Shown: positions 25,655 to 38,733, counted from the stretch's first letter. The stretch is 64,000 nucleotides of DNA from Hydrolagus affinis (GCA_012026655.1 JAAILG010000003.1:62001-126000); one strand, 5' to 3'. Program-made: numbers and translations. Notes: generated by a model from the letters alone, not told the origin.

Positions 25655-26596
25655 CTGATTTAAAAAAATGAATAAATCACTATTATTTATATATTATGCT
25701 GCTTTTGGTAATCAACAAAAATTACTATAATTTTGTAGAAATCGACTGGAAAATAGACAATAAATGGAAAATGTTGTGAAATGCTCCACTGCAATATCTT
25801 ATTAGTACCCTAAACATGTCTATATCAGTTCAAACTTTAATATTTAAACAAAGTAACAGTTCCATTAAAGCAATCCAGTTTGAAACAACCCCATTAGTAG
25901 CATGGGGTGGGGGAAAAAATGTAGGCCTACACAAGTTCTTGTGATGTTCTGCAAGATTCAAAAGGGGCTCCATATAAAAAATACAATATCAAGATAATTT
26001 GTCCTCCAGTGATTTTATGTAGTACTCATTCCACTCTCCCAAATGTTCTCATTTTCATTATTACTACACTGAATAACTCATAGTTAATGTCTACCTACTC
26101 TATGGATACTAGTGTAGTCGGGGGAGTTCAAAACATGTTTTATCACCAGAACTGAATATTGAACAATACATTTAGAGAGGTATTCATCATCAAATGGAAT
26201 ATCTAATCATGACAGGCACAATTCAAATGACGAGTCGGTAAAAAAAGAATTGGAATGAAGACATTATATAAAAAAAAGGATCGGCAGTTTAAAAAAAAGC
26301 CTCTTAAATCTCATTATTGAAATAGTAAAAGGGAAGTCTAATTCAATCCCTTAATCCGTACAATTTAATTGTTGGAGGAATTAAATAATTAGCCCATCTG
26401 ACTCGCTTTGCTTTCTAAATGATTCTGAGCATACTTTACCATTTACCTTTCTCATTTGATGCCCCCCAAAAATCCAACAGTAATAATATTTTAAGAACAT
26501 AAGAAGGCAAAGAGCAAAAAGCCAGATGGTCTGTCACAAACCAATGTGGCATTTCAGGTCAACTACTATATCTACTGGGAAGTTTCTGCACAGATG

Positions 26597-26920
26597 GTGT
26601 GCCAGTCAGGCTCAGTGGTAGCACTCTCACCTTTGGAGTCAGAAAACCGTGGGTTCAAGCCCCACTTCGGGACTTGGAATCACAGAATTGTAAGATGACA
26701 CTCAAAAAGCTGTATTGGGGAGGGTGTCTTGGCCAACACAAACCTCTGTTAAAAAATTGGTCACTCACTGCATGCCTATTTGTGGGACACTGTTGTGTAT
26801 AAACAGTCTGCTGTGTTTAGCCCACAAAGTCAATACACTTACAGTATATCCTGTGAAGCGCTTTGAGATGTCTTAACGATGCGAGAAAGCACTACATCAA
26901 ATACCATGGTGATTATTATA
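26597..26920 (+). mobile_element. Near full-length SINE (tRNA head, partial Deu domain, common tail)
   Basis: ggctcagtggtagcactctcacctttggagtcagaaaaccgtgggttcaagcccca head; ctgtgaagcgctttgagatgtc...gattattat tail. Confidence 0.85.
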
Positions 26921-27657
26921 AGATATTCCTTAATCTTCAAAGCAAATTTGCAGACCATTCATACACATTAAACAGGACTTTTCTTTCTCCATTTTAAAAA
27001 TATTACCTTAACCTCCCACTAACTTTTGTTTTGAGCACACAAGAGTGGCAGAGTCCAGGACATTGGACTCAACTGAAGAAATAGCCAGAGATTGTGACAG
27101 AAAGTCAATTGAGTGGGTACTCTGGAATGATGAGATCAAATGAGCTGACCAGGAGCTGTACTTCTCAAAACCACCGAACTCTGGCTCACTCTGTACTGCC
27201 AAAAATGGAGTCTGTAAATCCTCTTTGTGAGAGCCACCAAGCAAATCTATTGCACCTCGAGTTCAAAGCCTATGCAAGCTGGTTCTGAAGATAACCTTCA
27301 CTATGAAGGATGCATGGCAATTGACACACATATTGAAACCATTGGCATTGGAGGCAGAGAATGAATCAACCAGAACAAATCTGCCCCGATTCAGGCCTCC
27401 ACGAGCAGATGCTGAGGCGCGGAAGCAAAGAGTGCATCATTAGAAGAGATGATGTCAGTGGCATTCAAATCTAGAATATTACCCAAAACCGCATATATTG
27501 AAGCTTCAAATTTACTTCCAAAAGGATTCTTCTCCAAAACTGTTAGAATTAGAAAAAAATAAGAATTTGATTTCCCCGCTGTTGTATACAACAAAGGAGC
27601 CAATGCAAACTACAAAAAAAGTCATGTTGAACTAAAATTTAATCTTTAAATACTTAC

Positions 27658-27758
27658 GTGTAAGCTAAGGTTGCGCTAAAGTGCTTTTTGATGTAAGTTT
27701 CCAGAACTGGATTGAAGTGCTGGAATTTTCTATCAGCAATGAGTCCAATAATAAATAC
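27658..27758 (-). CDS. DOCK1: DOCK1 exon 21 (101 nt) [33 protein letters not shown](T)
   Basis: ataaag|GTA acceptor, AC|gtaagt donor. Confidence 0.95.
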
Positions 27759-28234
27759 CTTTATGAAAAAATAAACACCAGAGGTTTTAGGCAAATTAGC
27801 ATTGATAGAAACTCTATACAAGTAGAATATACCATGGAATAGGTCTCCATTTTGCTACGAAAGGTTCTGTTATCCTTTATTTCAATTAAATGTACATAAA
27901 TTAGATAATTCTGAAGGCAATTACCGACATATTTACATTGCTAATTAATCTTTTGGGGACTTCAGCTGCATTACATATCAATTTCAATATACTCAGTAAT
28001 GGTTATATATACCAGATTTCTGCACACTACGGAAATTCTACTTTCTGAAAGTTTAGAGCAAGTCATTTGTACAGATGTTCTGAGATAGAACAACACATAT
28101 TTTCCAGTCCTTAATGGTGCTTAAAAGGCTACGTCTTGAAGTACATATCAGTTATTAACTGCAATGAGTATTGCATTATTCAGTGAATCGATGGTTAAGA
28201 ATTGGCAACAGTTAAATTTATAAAAAGATCTTAC

Positions 28235-28324
28235 CAGAGCATCAAATACTAATGTATCAAATGTGTCACTGTCAGAATTTTCCATCATGATGTTAAAAAG
28301 TGCATCAAGTGTATCCTGCAAAAA
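28235..28324 (-). CDS. DOCK1: DOCK1 exon 20 (90 nt) [30 protein letters not shown]
   Basis: tttcag|TTT acceptor, CTG|gtaaga donor; within ORF 28148..28366. Confidence 0.95.
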
Positions 28325-30434
28325 CTGAAAGAAAAATCCATTAGCTGCTAGAAGAAAAATGTACATAAACGTATATAAATGAACCAGTTGAGGTTCACCT
28401 TTTTCTTTTTACTCAACCATTCTTCTTTTAACAGGAGAATCAATTATTTTGATGGAACATCAGTTCATTCTGGTACATTTTGTTCTTGAAACCACAAGTC
28501 AAGATCAGACAATTTTTTTTTTAAAAAGTAAAAGAAGCCATTGGACAAACAGACTTGTCTGCTCCCCACCCCCAATCAACCTCTTCCTTCACCATTCTAT
28601 CACATTCCTGAATCCCTTCTCTCTCCAGAAACTCCTCTTGTTACCTCTTAATCTGATGTGTATTATCTGCCTTGTGTGATAACTTAATGCAAAGTTATCT
28701 CATCCAAAATGTTTGGGTGAAAACAGTTTGCTCGATCTCTCCTTTTATAACCTTCTAATATTTAAAATTTGCATTCCCTGGTTTTTAAATGCTTCACAAT
28801 GACAATTTTCCCCTCAACAACTTTGTCAATCTGTTTCTCGATTATAGAAATACAATTAGTTGATCTTAAACTCTCTTCGAAACTAGAATAAAAACTTTAA
28901 CCTTTATTATATCCATAATCATTGTGTATAACCATCCTTGCATCCTTTAAAAGGTCACGCAGTTTTCTCATATAATATAAGACAAGTTCTCCCTCTAGCT
29001 CTCTCTTGGTGGCCCTCTTTATTGCTCCTCTCGTTTTTTGCATTTCTAAACTTCTGCTGAAGCCTTGGATGACCTCCTTGCCTCTGACCTCTGTTAAACT
29101 TCACTAGCAATTAATAATGCTCTGCATCTTATGCAACTTCAGTTTACAAACAAATGCAACATCTCGTAAAAAAAAAACTTTTAAAAATAGCTGGATCATG
29201 AGGTGACATGATGGATTGTTTGAAAATAGTGACATTTGTTCATGACAGAATAATCGGAAGAAAACTACAATCTCCATAAATGCTAGTGAAAATATATTTC
29301 TAATGCATCAAAACTCCCTTTCATTGCAGCATATGTGACTTGAGTTACTACAAATTCATTATATGGAGCAAAAATATGGAATATTAAAATGAATGCATAT
29401 GAAATGCCACACCTTATTGATTTGTACATTACTGTATTGTCACCAAAACACTAAAATGAGATTGCCTTGTGCACAACAGAAAAACTGAGGTTCAATTATT
29501 GATGAGACAGCAATGTTGCCAGCAATTATAGCATCAATCCATATGAGTATAAATCAAATGTGACAGTTTGGAGGAGAAAAGAGAATAATCTAGGGCACCA
29601 TCTTAACCTTTTTATCCAAAATAAACTCGGACCAGTGAAAAATACAGGAGCGTATTCCTACAAGTTTAAAAGTAAAGGCAATAAACAGATGGAGAAGATA
29701 AACAAACAGAACAGCTGGTTTCCAAATATACCATTACTATATCAATAACAAGAGAGCAAACACAGCATAAATACTAAATGAATTCAAAAAAAGTTAGAAT
29801 AAGCTTATTTTAAATATAGGAAATGGAATGAGTAGAAATATGGGATGAGGGTACATTGAAAACCCACTACTGTATTGAGGTTGTTCAATAGACAAGCCTA
29901 TTTTGCCCTTATTTGTGAATCGGAGATTTTGGTGACCTTCAGTTTCAAATGAAACAAATAGAACTAAGAAAGTAGCCTACAATTACTGAAGGTGTCCAAA
30001 AAGTTACAGTTCTATTCCAGTTAGATCCACTTGACCAAGTAGAGCTAATTTATGAACCAAATAGCCTCCTCTTATGTTGCAATTTCTATAATTTTATGAT
30101 TCATATAGCTGTACACCCACATAATTGCAGAATAAAATAAATGCAGGAGATATGACACCTTTCGTACTATTGTTTAGTTAATGACTACATGTAGGACAGC
30201 CTGATGCCAATGTGCAATGGTGAGCAGGTTTACATAGATTGGGGCATACACTCTACAAACAAAATTGAGTTTATTTTGGTCTGTCAGCATAGGAAGATAA
30301 GATTTATTTATATAGAACTATTCAAGACCTTGTAGAAAACAATTACATGTCAAAGAAATGGAAATTTTTTAGAAAGATATTTTCAAACCGTTTATCAAAA
30401 AACAAAAATATCAGACATCATTAAATAGGATTAC

Positions 30435-30532
30435 CTTAACCACCTCTCCGCCATCCACCTTCATGAGCTGTCTCAAATTCTGTTGCAGTAAATTGATGTT
30501 GGACCGCCATTTCAAAAGTCCCAGGAGATCCA
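30435..30532 (-). CDS. DOCK1: DOCK1 exon 19 (98 nt) DLLGLLKWRSNINLLQQNLRQLMKVDGGEVVK
   Basis: tcacag|TG acceptor, AAG|gtaatc donor. Confidence 0.95.
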
Positions 30533-31894
30533 CTGTGAACAAAATGCAAACATTAAACTCCTTTAATGGTCAGCAAAGAAAGTATTTATAATGCTAAATT
30601 GATACAACAGCAGAGGAAAGGGAATTGTGGTCAGGTACCTGCTTATGTCATTGCTTTCACATGGATATTATATGCAAATTTTGTTAAACAGGAGCACAAT
30701 TATGCCATTCCGGTTCATTTAAATTGATGGCCACACTATTATCAATCCACTTTTCCTAGAATTCACGTAAACATTTTGAAATTCCAATACCCTTTTTGAC
30801 CCTTTTTATATTCTCCAAGTAATCTTAAACTGTTTAGAATATGCTTAAATTGTAAGATATGATTAATACACTTCTAACAAACAGAATTATCTTTTTCGCT
30901 AAAAAAAAAACAGGAATCTGAATCTTTATGGGTTCCTTTTTGATTTTAAAAGTACTGTAATACCCAATTGTAAGTAACTCAGTAATTTTACACGAAGGTT
31001 TGAAAGGTTAAAAGAATGCTTATAAAACTTGGAAAGATTACAGCATTCAATACTTTAGCTAAAAGCCTGTAAGATGTGCTGAGAGAATGGGTATACTCAA
31101 GGAATTTAAACTACATAGCATTAATATATTGCCATTTATAATCTTTGTTATGATTTATAATCATAACAAATGTCTAATAAAAGTCTTCAGCCTCTTGAAG
31201 GATAGCAACCTCAAGCCAAGCAAAAGTGTATAATCATATCTGAGGGATACCTGTATAGATTGGTGTCCATTTTATGAGATGTTTCATGGCCAGTATAAAT
31301 CATTCATCTTTTTAATTACAGTACAGTCATGTGTAAACACCCCAGACACAAGTAGATTGCTTCCAAATCCTAAATGGTCATCCAATAGCTAACACTAAAT
31401 GTTGCTCCATCACACAGATTTTTTCTCTCCAATCTAATCCGTTTCATATAACAGAACACTTCTATATATTAACAAAATAATGCCATCCTATATGGATCGC
31501 AATTCTAATTATTTTCTGTCTTAACAATAATTCTTGGATTTGGTATAACACTTTGGACGTTGGGAGGATACCCAGAAGGATTTTCTGTGAAGCGAAGTGA
31601 CTATATTTGTGGACAAACATGTCAGCCAATTAGAGCACAGGAATGTCTCCCAAACAGCCATAAACAGCCATCTTATCACTGCAATGAAATGCATAATATC
31701 TTCTCAAACCTTTGTTCAAAGCAAACAAGTTGTTTCATGAAAAGAAACACAAGCATGATGAATCTTCATTACATCTAGATTGGTTCAGGGATGGAAGTAA
31801 AGTCAAGCTCCACCATCCAATTGCAATATGAGCACACCCACATACAATGGCTTTTGACTAGAATTATTTTAGACAAAAGGCTAGGTTTTCACTG

Positions 31895-32310
31895 GAGGCA
31901 AAGAGGGAGTTCAATAGCTGTCTTCAAAATTTTGAAGTGTGTTGATAGAATAAAATGTAAAAGATTATTCCAGCTGATTAATAAACCAGTGAAAGGGTGC
32001 ACAATGTCAGACTTGCTTGCCTCTGGCAACAACAACAACAACAAAATTACATTTGGCAGAGTTAAGTGGGAGGTTAGCAGAAATGTCTTTATACAAAGGG
32101 CTATTTGAACATGGAAGAAACATCTGAACATTTCCACAAATAACTACTGAAGCAGAGACCGTAACATTTGAAGGTAGTTAGATAAACATTTGCAGAGAAA
32201 CAAAATATAAGGCAATATAGGATAAAAATCAGGTTATTGGGATGATTTTTTTTAAACATATATTCAGTGAAGGAGACAGCACCAGCTTAGACTTAATAGG
32301 CTTTTGCTGC
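31895..32310 (+). mobile_element. CR1 LINE 3' fragment
   Basis: ORF 31791..32108 RQRGSSIAVFKILKCVDRI..LF...RNVFIQRAI resembles the CR1 ORF2 C-terminus (RRLRGDLIEVFKIL...FFTQRVV); contains an (AAC)n insert. Confidence 0.75.
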
Positions 32311-33513
32311 AATTATTGGTTTCTAAACCTTGAATACAACTTTTCGATATATCAATTCATCAGTTCGATAGGTCACAGGTAGCAATGAGCAATTCTGGGA
32401 TACACACCAGAGAACAATCAACAGCTGAAACAGCTTCCCAGAAAGGGTTGAAAGCAGGGCACTGCACTTATAAGAAACAGTGTGATGCTATAATGGAATA
32501 ATGGTAGGGTTGGTATTCTGTAAAGATTGAATGAAAATCATTAGAATCTCTCATGTTCTATACTATTAACTCAAGATATGTACACATCTGAAACACTAAA
32601 CATAGGTCAAGTTATCTGAAATCATGTGTGGATAAGGGATGTAACTATTTCAGTATAATGTCCATTAAATCAAATTTGTCCACACATACAGCACCATTCA
32701 AACTTATTGCATGAGGATATTGGATATTTCAAAACGTTTTTTTTATTAATCTCTCAATGGGAATGGAAACAGTCATGTCACGAAATAATACTAATAACCT
32801 TAGTACAACTTGCTGAAGGCCAAAATAATTAAGTTCTATTTTCAGTCGCTGGTAGAATATCAACTTGGCTTATTTTGGAAAAGATTCACTCAGAGTACAG
32901 GGAAACTATCAGAAATAAAACAGACATGTGTCTATGATGATTGCATCTATTACTTACTGCCAACTAAAATTGATGTGAAATTGTCTCCATTTCCAAAATG
33001 TGCATTGTGTAGCCTCCAGTACACATTAAATATACAGCCTAATCAGTGAAGAATGCCAGTGGAGCAAATATTTTTGCAACAGCTGTCAAAAGAGCAGTAT
33101 TCAAAGCAATGTTTAGTACATGCTGTAATGATCATCAAAAATGAGAAATATGTAGGCTGCTTGGGAAATAATTAGATTTGAGTTAATTTCTATCTCTAAA
33201 GACGATTATGATTTTGAGAAGAAGAAGAAATATAGTATTTCCTAATACATACCGTGCCTCAAAGTCAAACTCATTGGGAATGTCCCAGATTGCAATTAGA
33301 ATATGTTTGATTTAGAGGAGCTACATTTGGGTTCCAATCTGCAAGGAACATTTTTCCTAAACTTTAGATTTTAAACGATAACATGGCACTGCACCTCTGT
33401 CATCGAATTCAACCTGCTACTTTGGCTAGAGTTTGAGGCACATCTTGATGATCAAATAAAATGTCTTAAAAACGCTCAACTGCAAATTTTGTCTTGGAAC
33501 TCTCGTGGCTTAC

Positions 33514-33697
33514 CATTCTGGGTGAGTTTTGTCGAACAGACCAACGTGGAAATCTGAAACGAGTCTTTGCTGATGGGAAAGTTTCCAATACTGTGCAGGT
33601 TCTTTCCAGTCAGAGTGTAACCCTTTTCTTCAAGTAACAGTTTAGTTGCCGTCAAATTTAAGTATAGCGACGCATCTTCTGGCTTCTTAGCATCCCA
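33514..33697 (-). CDS. DOCK1: DOCK1 exon 18 (184 nt) WDAKKPEDASLYLNLTATKLLLEEKGYTLTGKNLHSIGNFPISKDSFQISTLVCSTKLTQN(V), end of DHR-1
   Basis: gcacag|TGG acceptor, ATG|gtaagc donor; ends in the conserved STLVCSTKLTQN. Confidence 0.94.
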
Positions 33698-33869
33698 CTG
33701 TGCACAAAAATAATGTCAGTGATCTAGGACTCTACATAATGAAGCAAAAATCAATGTCTATTTTTAAATTGTTACAACAGTAAAATTATTAGCTCCTTCA
33801 CTGGTCTCACAATGCATATACTGTAGTTAGAAAATTTTGAAACAAAAATCAGTACAAGTTTCACAGTAC

Positions 33870-33973
33870 CTTATACACTATTAGGTCATGTTCTCCATCC
33901 CTCAGAGTTGTTCCATCGTACCTCATTAGCTTGACAAATGCCAAGGCAAATATCTTCTCGGATTTGTCTTTGG
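33870..33973 (-). CDS. DOCK1: DOCK1 exon 17 (104 nt) [34 protein letters not shown]
   Basis: tttcag|CC acceptor, AAG|gtactg donor. Confidence 0.95.
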
Positions 33974-34272
33974 CTGAAACAAGGAATGCAAAAGGAGGTT
34001 ATCAATATTCCTCAATAATAAGCGTGCAACAAAAATCCAAACCATTGCACACACCTTCTAATAGATCAGTCAACTTCTGAAGCCCAAAGTTTCCAAATAC
34101 CAGTCCACAAATACATGCCAAAGTTCCAGTCGATACCGAACCATGATACCCATGGCACAGCCATAAATTAATATTAACTCAGACAGGTAACAAGCACTGA
34201 ACAATATTGGCTGAAACAAAAAGAGGTACACTATATGTCAGTGTATTTTATGTACAAAGTAACAATACTCAC

Positions 34273-34345
34273 AATCTTGGGATGATCGATGCCGGAATGT
34301 GAACTTTAAATGACTGCGATTAACATCTTCGATAGGGATTGCCAC
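34273..34345 (-). CDS. DOCK1: DOCK1 exon 16 (73 nt) [24 protein letters not shown](S)
   Basis: ttgcag|GTG acceptor, T|gtgagt donor. Confidence 0.95.
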
Positions 34346-34528
34346 CTGCAAAATGCAACCAGTCACGATTAAATATAGTCACAATCGTATTTAATAAAAT
34401 ATTAAACCAGTTTCTTTACATTCCATGCTCCTAGAAAATATTGACTTCAATTCCATTTAACAGTGTAGAGCATAATAATCTTTACATTTAATATACAGCC
34501 CTATCACGGCATGGCTGTCTCAACATAC

Positions 34529-34627
34529 CTTGACTGTCTCAAACCAACGGGGCTGCTTCACTTGATAGTAAATGACAGATTTATATTCAGAGATGCCTTC
34601 ATCTCCCGCACCAGGAAAAATTACGTT
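34529..34627 (-). CDS. DOCK1: DOCK1 exon 15 (99 nt) [33 protein letters not shown]
   Basis: ttttaaaaag|AAC acceptor, AAG|gtatgt donor. Confidence 0.95.
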
Positions 34628-34926
34628 CTTTTTAAAACAAAAACAGTAAGCATCAGTACAAAATAGGAAACCAATTTTAAAAAAAAACACTTAAAATAAT
34701 AAACAATTATTGGAATGCCTAAAAGATGACATTCATGGAAGACAATACAGTTTAGGCACAGATTAGCTAAGTGTTTAGAGCCAAATTTTATAAAATAATG
34801 GAAGGTGGGAAAAACAGCAGAACCTTCAAGACTGAATTCTCAAACAAATAAACAAATGCAATGTCCCATACTGATCAGTAAATCTCCAGTTCAGTTAGCT
34901 CTCAATTTAATCTGTGGCAGACATAC

Positions 34927-35051
34927 CTCCAAACGCTTCCCTTCCTCATCGTACACTGTCATTGTGACCTCCACATTTTTAGATGTTGTTTTGTTCCCTT
35001 TGTCAAAATCTCCTAGCACGAGCGTAACATAAATATCATTACGAACATCAC
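34927..35051 (-). CDS. DOCK1: DOCK1 exon 14 (125 nt) [41 protein letters not shown], start of DHR-1 (C2) domain
   Basis: atctag|GT acceptor, GAG|gtatgt donor; RNDIYVTL motif marks the DHR-1 start. Confidence 0.95.
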
Positions 35052-35701
35052 CTAGATAGAAGAACAGGGATTAAACATTCTTTTAAGCATTTCATGGAAT
35101 TTAAGAGAACAGATATGCCAGAGCAACCATAATATTGTCAATAAGGAATTGATTATTAGTTAAAAGCAAATGCAGAAGTATTTCTGCATTAATTAGTCAA
35201 CAATATCAGACTATGAGTAGAGGTTTACATTCAAAATTGAAAGTATTCCAGTATTCAAATGGTAACCAAAATTGCTAGCATGTGATATGAAAACAATTAT
35301 ATCTATACTGCTGACTCTTCTACCATTTACATTATTAGGTACTTCCTTTCCTGTTTAAATTTAGTGCATTTTGGCCTTCCATTGGAGAACTCAACATTAC
35401 TGAAAATTTCTTACTTTGTATCCTCCTGCCTTCCCACCCAACTCTTCCTTAATGTTGACTAGATTTTAAATGGTGCCCCAAGCACAAACTCAACAAAGTC
35501 TTCATTCTTAGCTTTAAGAAAAATATGTAATTGCATTTTAAGTTATTAAAATGTGTTTGAGAATGCACAGTTGAAAAATGGCATCTCATTTACACTGTAG
35601 TCGCGATTTGCTTATGTAGGAAAATAAGATCTAAATAGTATCATTTATCATGGAAATGTACTCTCACAAATTAGAAAACTGAAGAGTTTCCTCCCAGGAT
35701 T

Positions 35702-35905
35702 CAACAACAACAACCTGGATTTATATAGCGCCTTCCACGCCGGGCAATGTCTCAGAGCGCTTCCCAATAATGGATCCCAGAGCCGAGTCAGTGGGAGGGG
35801 GAAAAAGGTGACCGAAAGCGCGGTCGAAAAGAAAGGTCTTTAGCAGAGACCTGAAAGGGGGGGCGAGGCGAAGGGAGTGAGGAAGGGAATTCCAGAGCCT
35901 CAGGG
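35702..35905 (-). mobile_element. L2 LINE 3' end
   Basis: (caa)n tail + ggatttatatagcgccttccacg...agagcgcttccc...ggtcgaaaagaaaggtc...ggaattccagagc; homologous to the 3' end of 3898-4660. Confidence 0.85.
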
Positions 35906-37017
35906 CATATCAGAGAAATAGGAATGCTTACTCACAGAAATGAACAATTATAATAAAAGTTCAGAGTTTTAAACTCAAATTGTGGTCTCCATACATATTT
36001 TGAAACAGTTCAAATAAACTGAAGCAGTTTGAAATATTCTTCAAATTCTGATACCATTTGAGCTAAACAACAGCATCAAGAAAAAAAAGGCTAAACGGAT
36101 CAATGTCTCTTTGCTGCAGTGTGAATTAAAATGGTATTACTTAACTGCACTGCCTTCAACTCAGTTCTCAATGTCATCCTGAAACATCTCATTAGATCTA
36201 CAGCTGTGTTCAATTCTTATGCAAATAAGAATATTCACACAAATTACATCAGACAGGTTGGATCCTGCAACAAGAACGTTGACATGCTCCTCAAATTTTA
36301 CATGTACTTAAAATGTCCTCCAGGCATCCAAACGCAAGCTCAATCTCTGCCTGTTCATTTCCCTCGACCACATGAAGAGTTGCAAAAGTATCTCTTTCAA
36401 AAAAATGTTAGAACAAACCTCACGAATGGGAGAGGGGTAGGGAAGAGGAAAGACAGTTCTGGTAGCAGGCATTTGAAGAATTAAGAATTAGCACACTCCC
36501 ATGCCTTTACCAAATGAATGAACCCAAATATCACTCTTTGCAAATGAAATTCTACTGCATTATATATACACCAGGACTGTCCCAATTACCCAAGATATTT
36601 AGATGGCTTGCAGATTGCGGTTTTACTGCAACAAAACCTGCCTTTTACCCAGGAAATTCAAAAATAATCGGCTTTCATTGTTGCATAGACTCAGCAAAGC
36701 TTTTAAGTTCGTGCACATTAGACTCAAATTCTTAGCCCTTCACTAGTAAAAACAACTTTCCTCTTCCTCAAACATTGGCACCGACTCAAACATTTTTAGA
36801 ACAACTTCCCCATCTCATTCCTAGTGAGAGAAAACACTGTAACAATATTTTAACCACTTTAAAGGTTTACCATCATATTGGATGGAGGTTTACTGCTACC
36901 ACTATTCATAACACATCAAAATCATAATCGTCACTTAATTCAGCATTCGTATTGGGCTATTAAACAGTGAACAAAAATGTGAGTCACTACAGGAATTTCA
37001 TTATTGGAATCGCCATT

Positions 37018-37328
37018 GTGGATTCCTGCAGCTCAGCGGTTAGAGCACTCGCCTTGCAAATGAGAGAACCGAGTTCGATTCTAGGCAGGGCTAAACCTTG
37101 GGCAGGTTTCCTTACTCCACACACCTAATAATAATTCCTTGAAAAAAAAAAAAAAAATTGTTCAGTTCCATCCACAACTTTTTGTGGGACACTGCTGTGC
37201 AATTGGCTGCCATGTTTCGCCCACAAAAATACAGTCAATTCACTTTTCAGTATATTCTGTGAAGCACTTTGAGACATCGAGAAGATGTAAAAAGCCCTGT
37301 ATCAAATGCAAGGATTATTATTATTATT
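37018..37328 (+). mobile_element. Full-length tRNA-derived SINE (~310 bp)
   Basis: Head gtggattcctgcagctcagcggttagagcactcgcc...gagttcgattctagg, internal A-run, tail caaatgcaagg(att)n. Confidence 0.9.
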
Positions 37329-37352
37329 GTGAACAGATGATTAAAAACACAC

Positions 37353-37478
37353 CAGGCATTATTATTTCAGGGAAACCCATCTTTCTAGCAACTGCTGTTG
37401 ACCTGTCAACCAAATGTGGAAAATCCTTTCGAATCTGATGAATATCTCCTGGGAGTAGCTTCATGGTCACCCACAAAC
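37353..37478 (-). CDS. DOCK1: DOCK1 exon 13 (126 nt) [41 protein letters not shown](G)
   Basis: ttctag|GT acceptor, CTG|gtgtgt donor. Confidence 0.95.
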
Positions 37479-38224
37479 CTAGAAGGAAGAAAAAAAGTAA
37501 TACAATAGGAAGAGGACAAATTACACAAATACTTTAACAGCTTGAAGGTTCTCCCGCCATATTGGAGTGAGATTAAGCACCTCCAGTAACAAAATATCAA
37601 AATCAGTCACGCTTGTCTTCGACATAACTAAAAACTAATTATCGAAAAGGGACAGAAGAACTGCATTTGAAATTCCTGTGGCAATATAGGCAACACATTT
37701 TTGCCAAGCCATTTCATGCTGGGATCAGCACTTTTATAAACTGCTAATGCACACAGCCAAGCTTCAAATTGTTCAAGCAAAGAGTGAGGTGGGGAGGAGA
37801 GATTACCTACAGAGGTCCACTGGGGGCGGTGCTGATCTGCATTTGAACTGCCAAACAGCCAGGAGTGGCTGAGGGCAGATATCACAAAAACACACAGCAA
37901 GCAACAATACGCAGAATAATGCTTTCTGCCTACATCGTGATATGAAGGAATGGTAATTGAACCCTCATGAGTTTGAAGCCAAAAAGCCAAGTTACTGTGC
38001 TTCAGCAACAAAAAATAAACACACACATTCAAGGTTTTTTTTGGAAGAAAACTCAATTCAGATTTCAAATGACCACTAAAGGTTTTGGTGAGGGTCTATT
38101 TGATCTCAACCTTAGACAGCTTCTCACTCAACTTCACTGAACTTTAATTTATACTTAGATCTAGTAACGAGGAGCAATTAAAAAAGATTGCATACAATTG
38201 TACAAAAATAGATACACTATACAT

Positions 38225-38620
38225 TTCCCACCACAATTTTTCCCTCTTAGACATGCTGTCAATCTTCCATTGTCCTGTTCCTCACTGAAGTGGATATTGT
38301 TCATCTGTCAACCCAAGCAATGTGAGTAGACTAGCCTTGATCAGATCATCAGTCAAGTTTGATCGCGCACTGACCTACATCTGTAGCTGTAAGGTTTCAG
38401 CAGAGGATCACTAGATAGAAATCAGGAGCGTTGACAAGGCCGTTGATTTTCCACTCAAGTCAGAAGCAGTGAGACCAAGTGTAGCACACCAATAATTGCC
38501 ACAACCTGAGATCAGCTACTTAAAAAAAGGCCAAGACGCTAACTTAACCCAGGACTTTCTAGGTCCGTAAAGAGTCAGTACCACATTAGGCAATACATTT
38601 ACTTACTGAAGCATGAGAGT
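38225..38620 (-). mobile_element. AmnSINE2-like ancient SINE
   Basis: Minus strand: cagtaagtaaatgtattgcctaatgtggtactgac...gctgatctcagg...gtgctacacttggtctca...cgctcctgatttctatctagtgatcctctgctg, collinear with the consensus as I recall it. Confidence 0.6.
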
Positions 38621-38733
38621 TTTCAAAACGCATTTGAGCTTGCTGCTAGGATGTGCTTACCATCAACATTCTTCCTTCAACATTCTGCAGACGTGCTGTT
38701 TAAAATGGTATTCTTAGGAATGTTATTCTTAAA

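Noticed and set aside
28530-29900. Additional CR1 remnants (~28530-28980 minus, ~29560-29900 plus)
   Set aside because: Only weak motif resemblance; boundaries and identity cannot be supported without a profile search.
32335-32370. Second hammerhead-like motif (CTGATGA...GAAA, minus strand)
   Set aside because: Stem II closing pair is A-C, and stems I and III cannot form.
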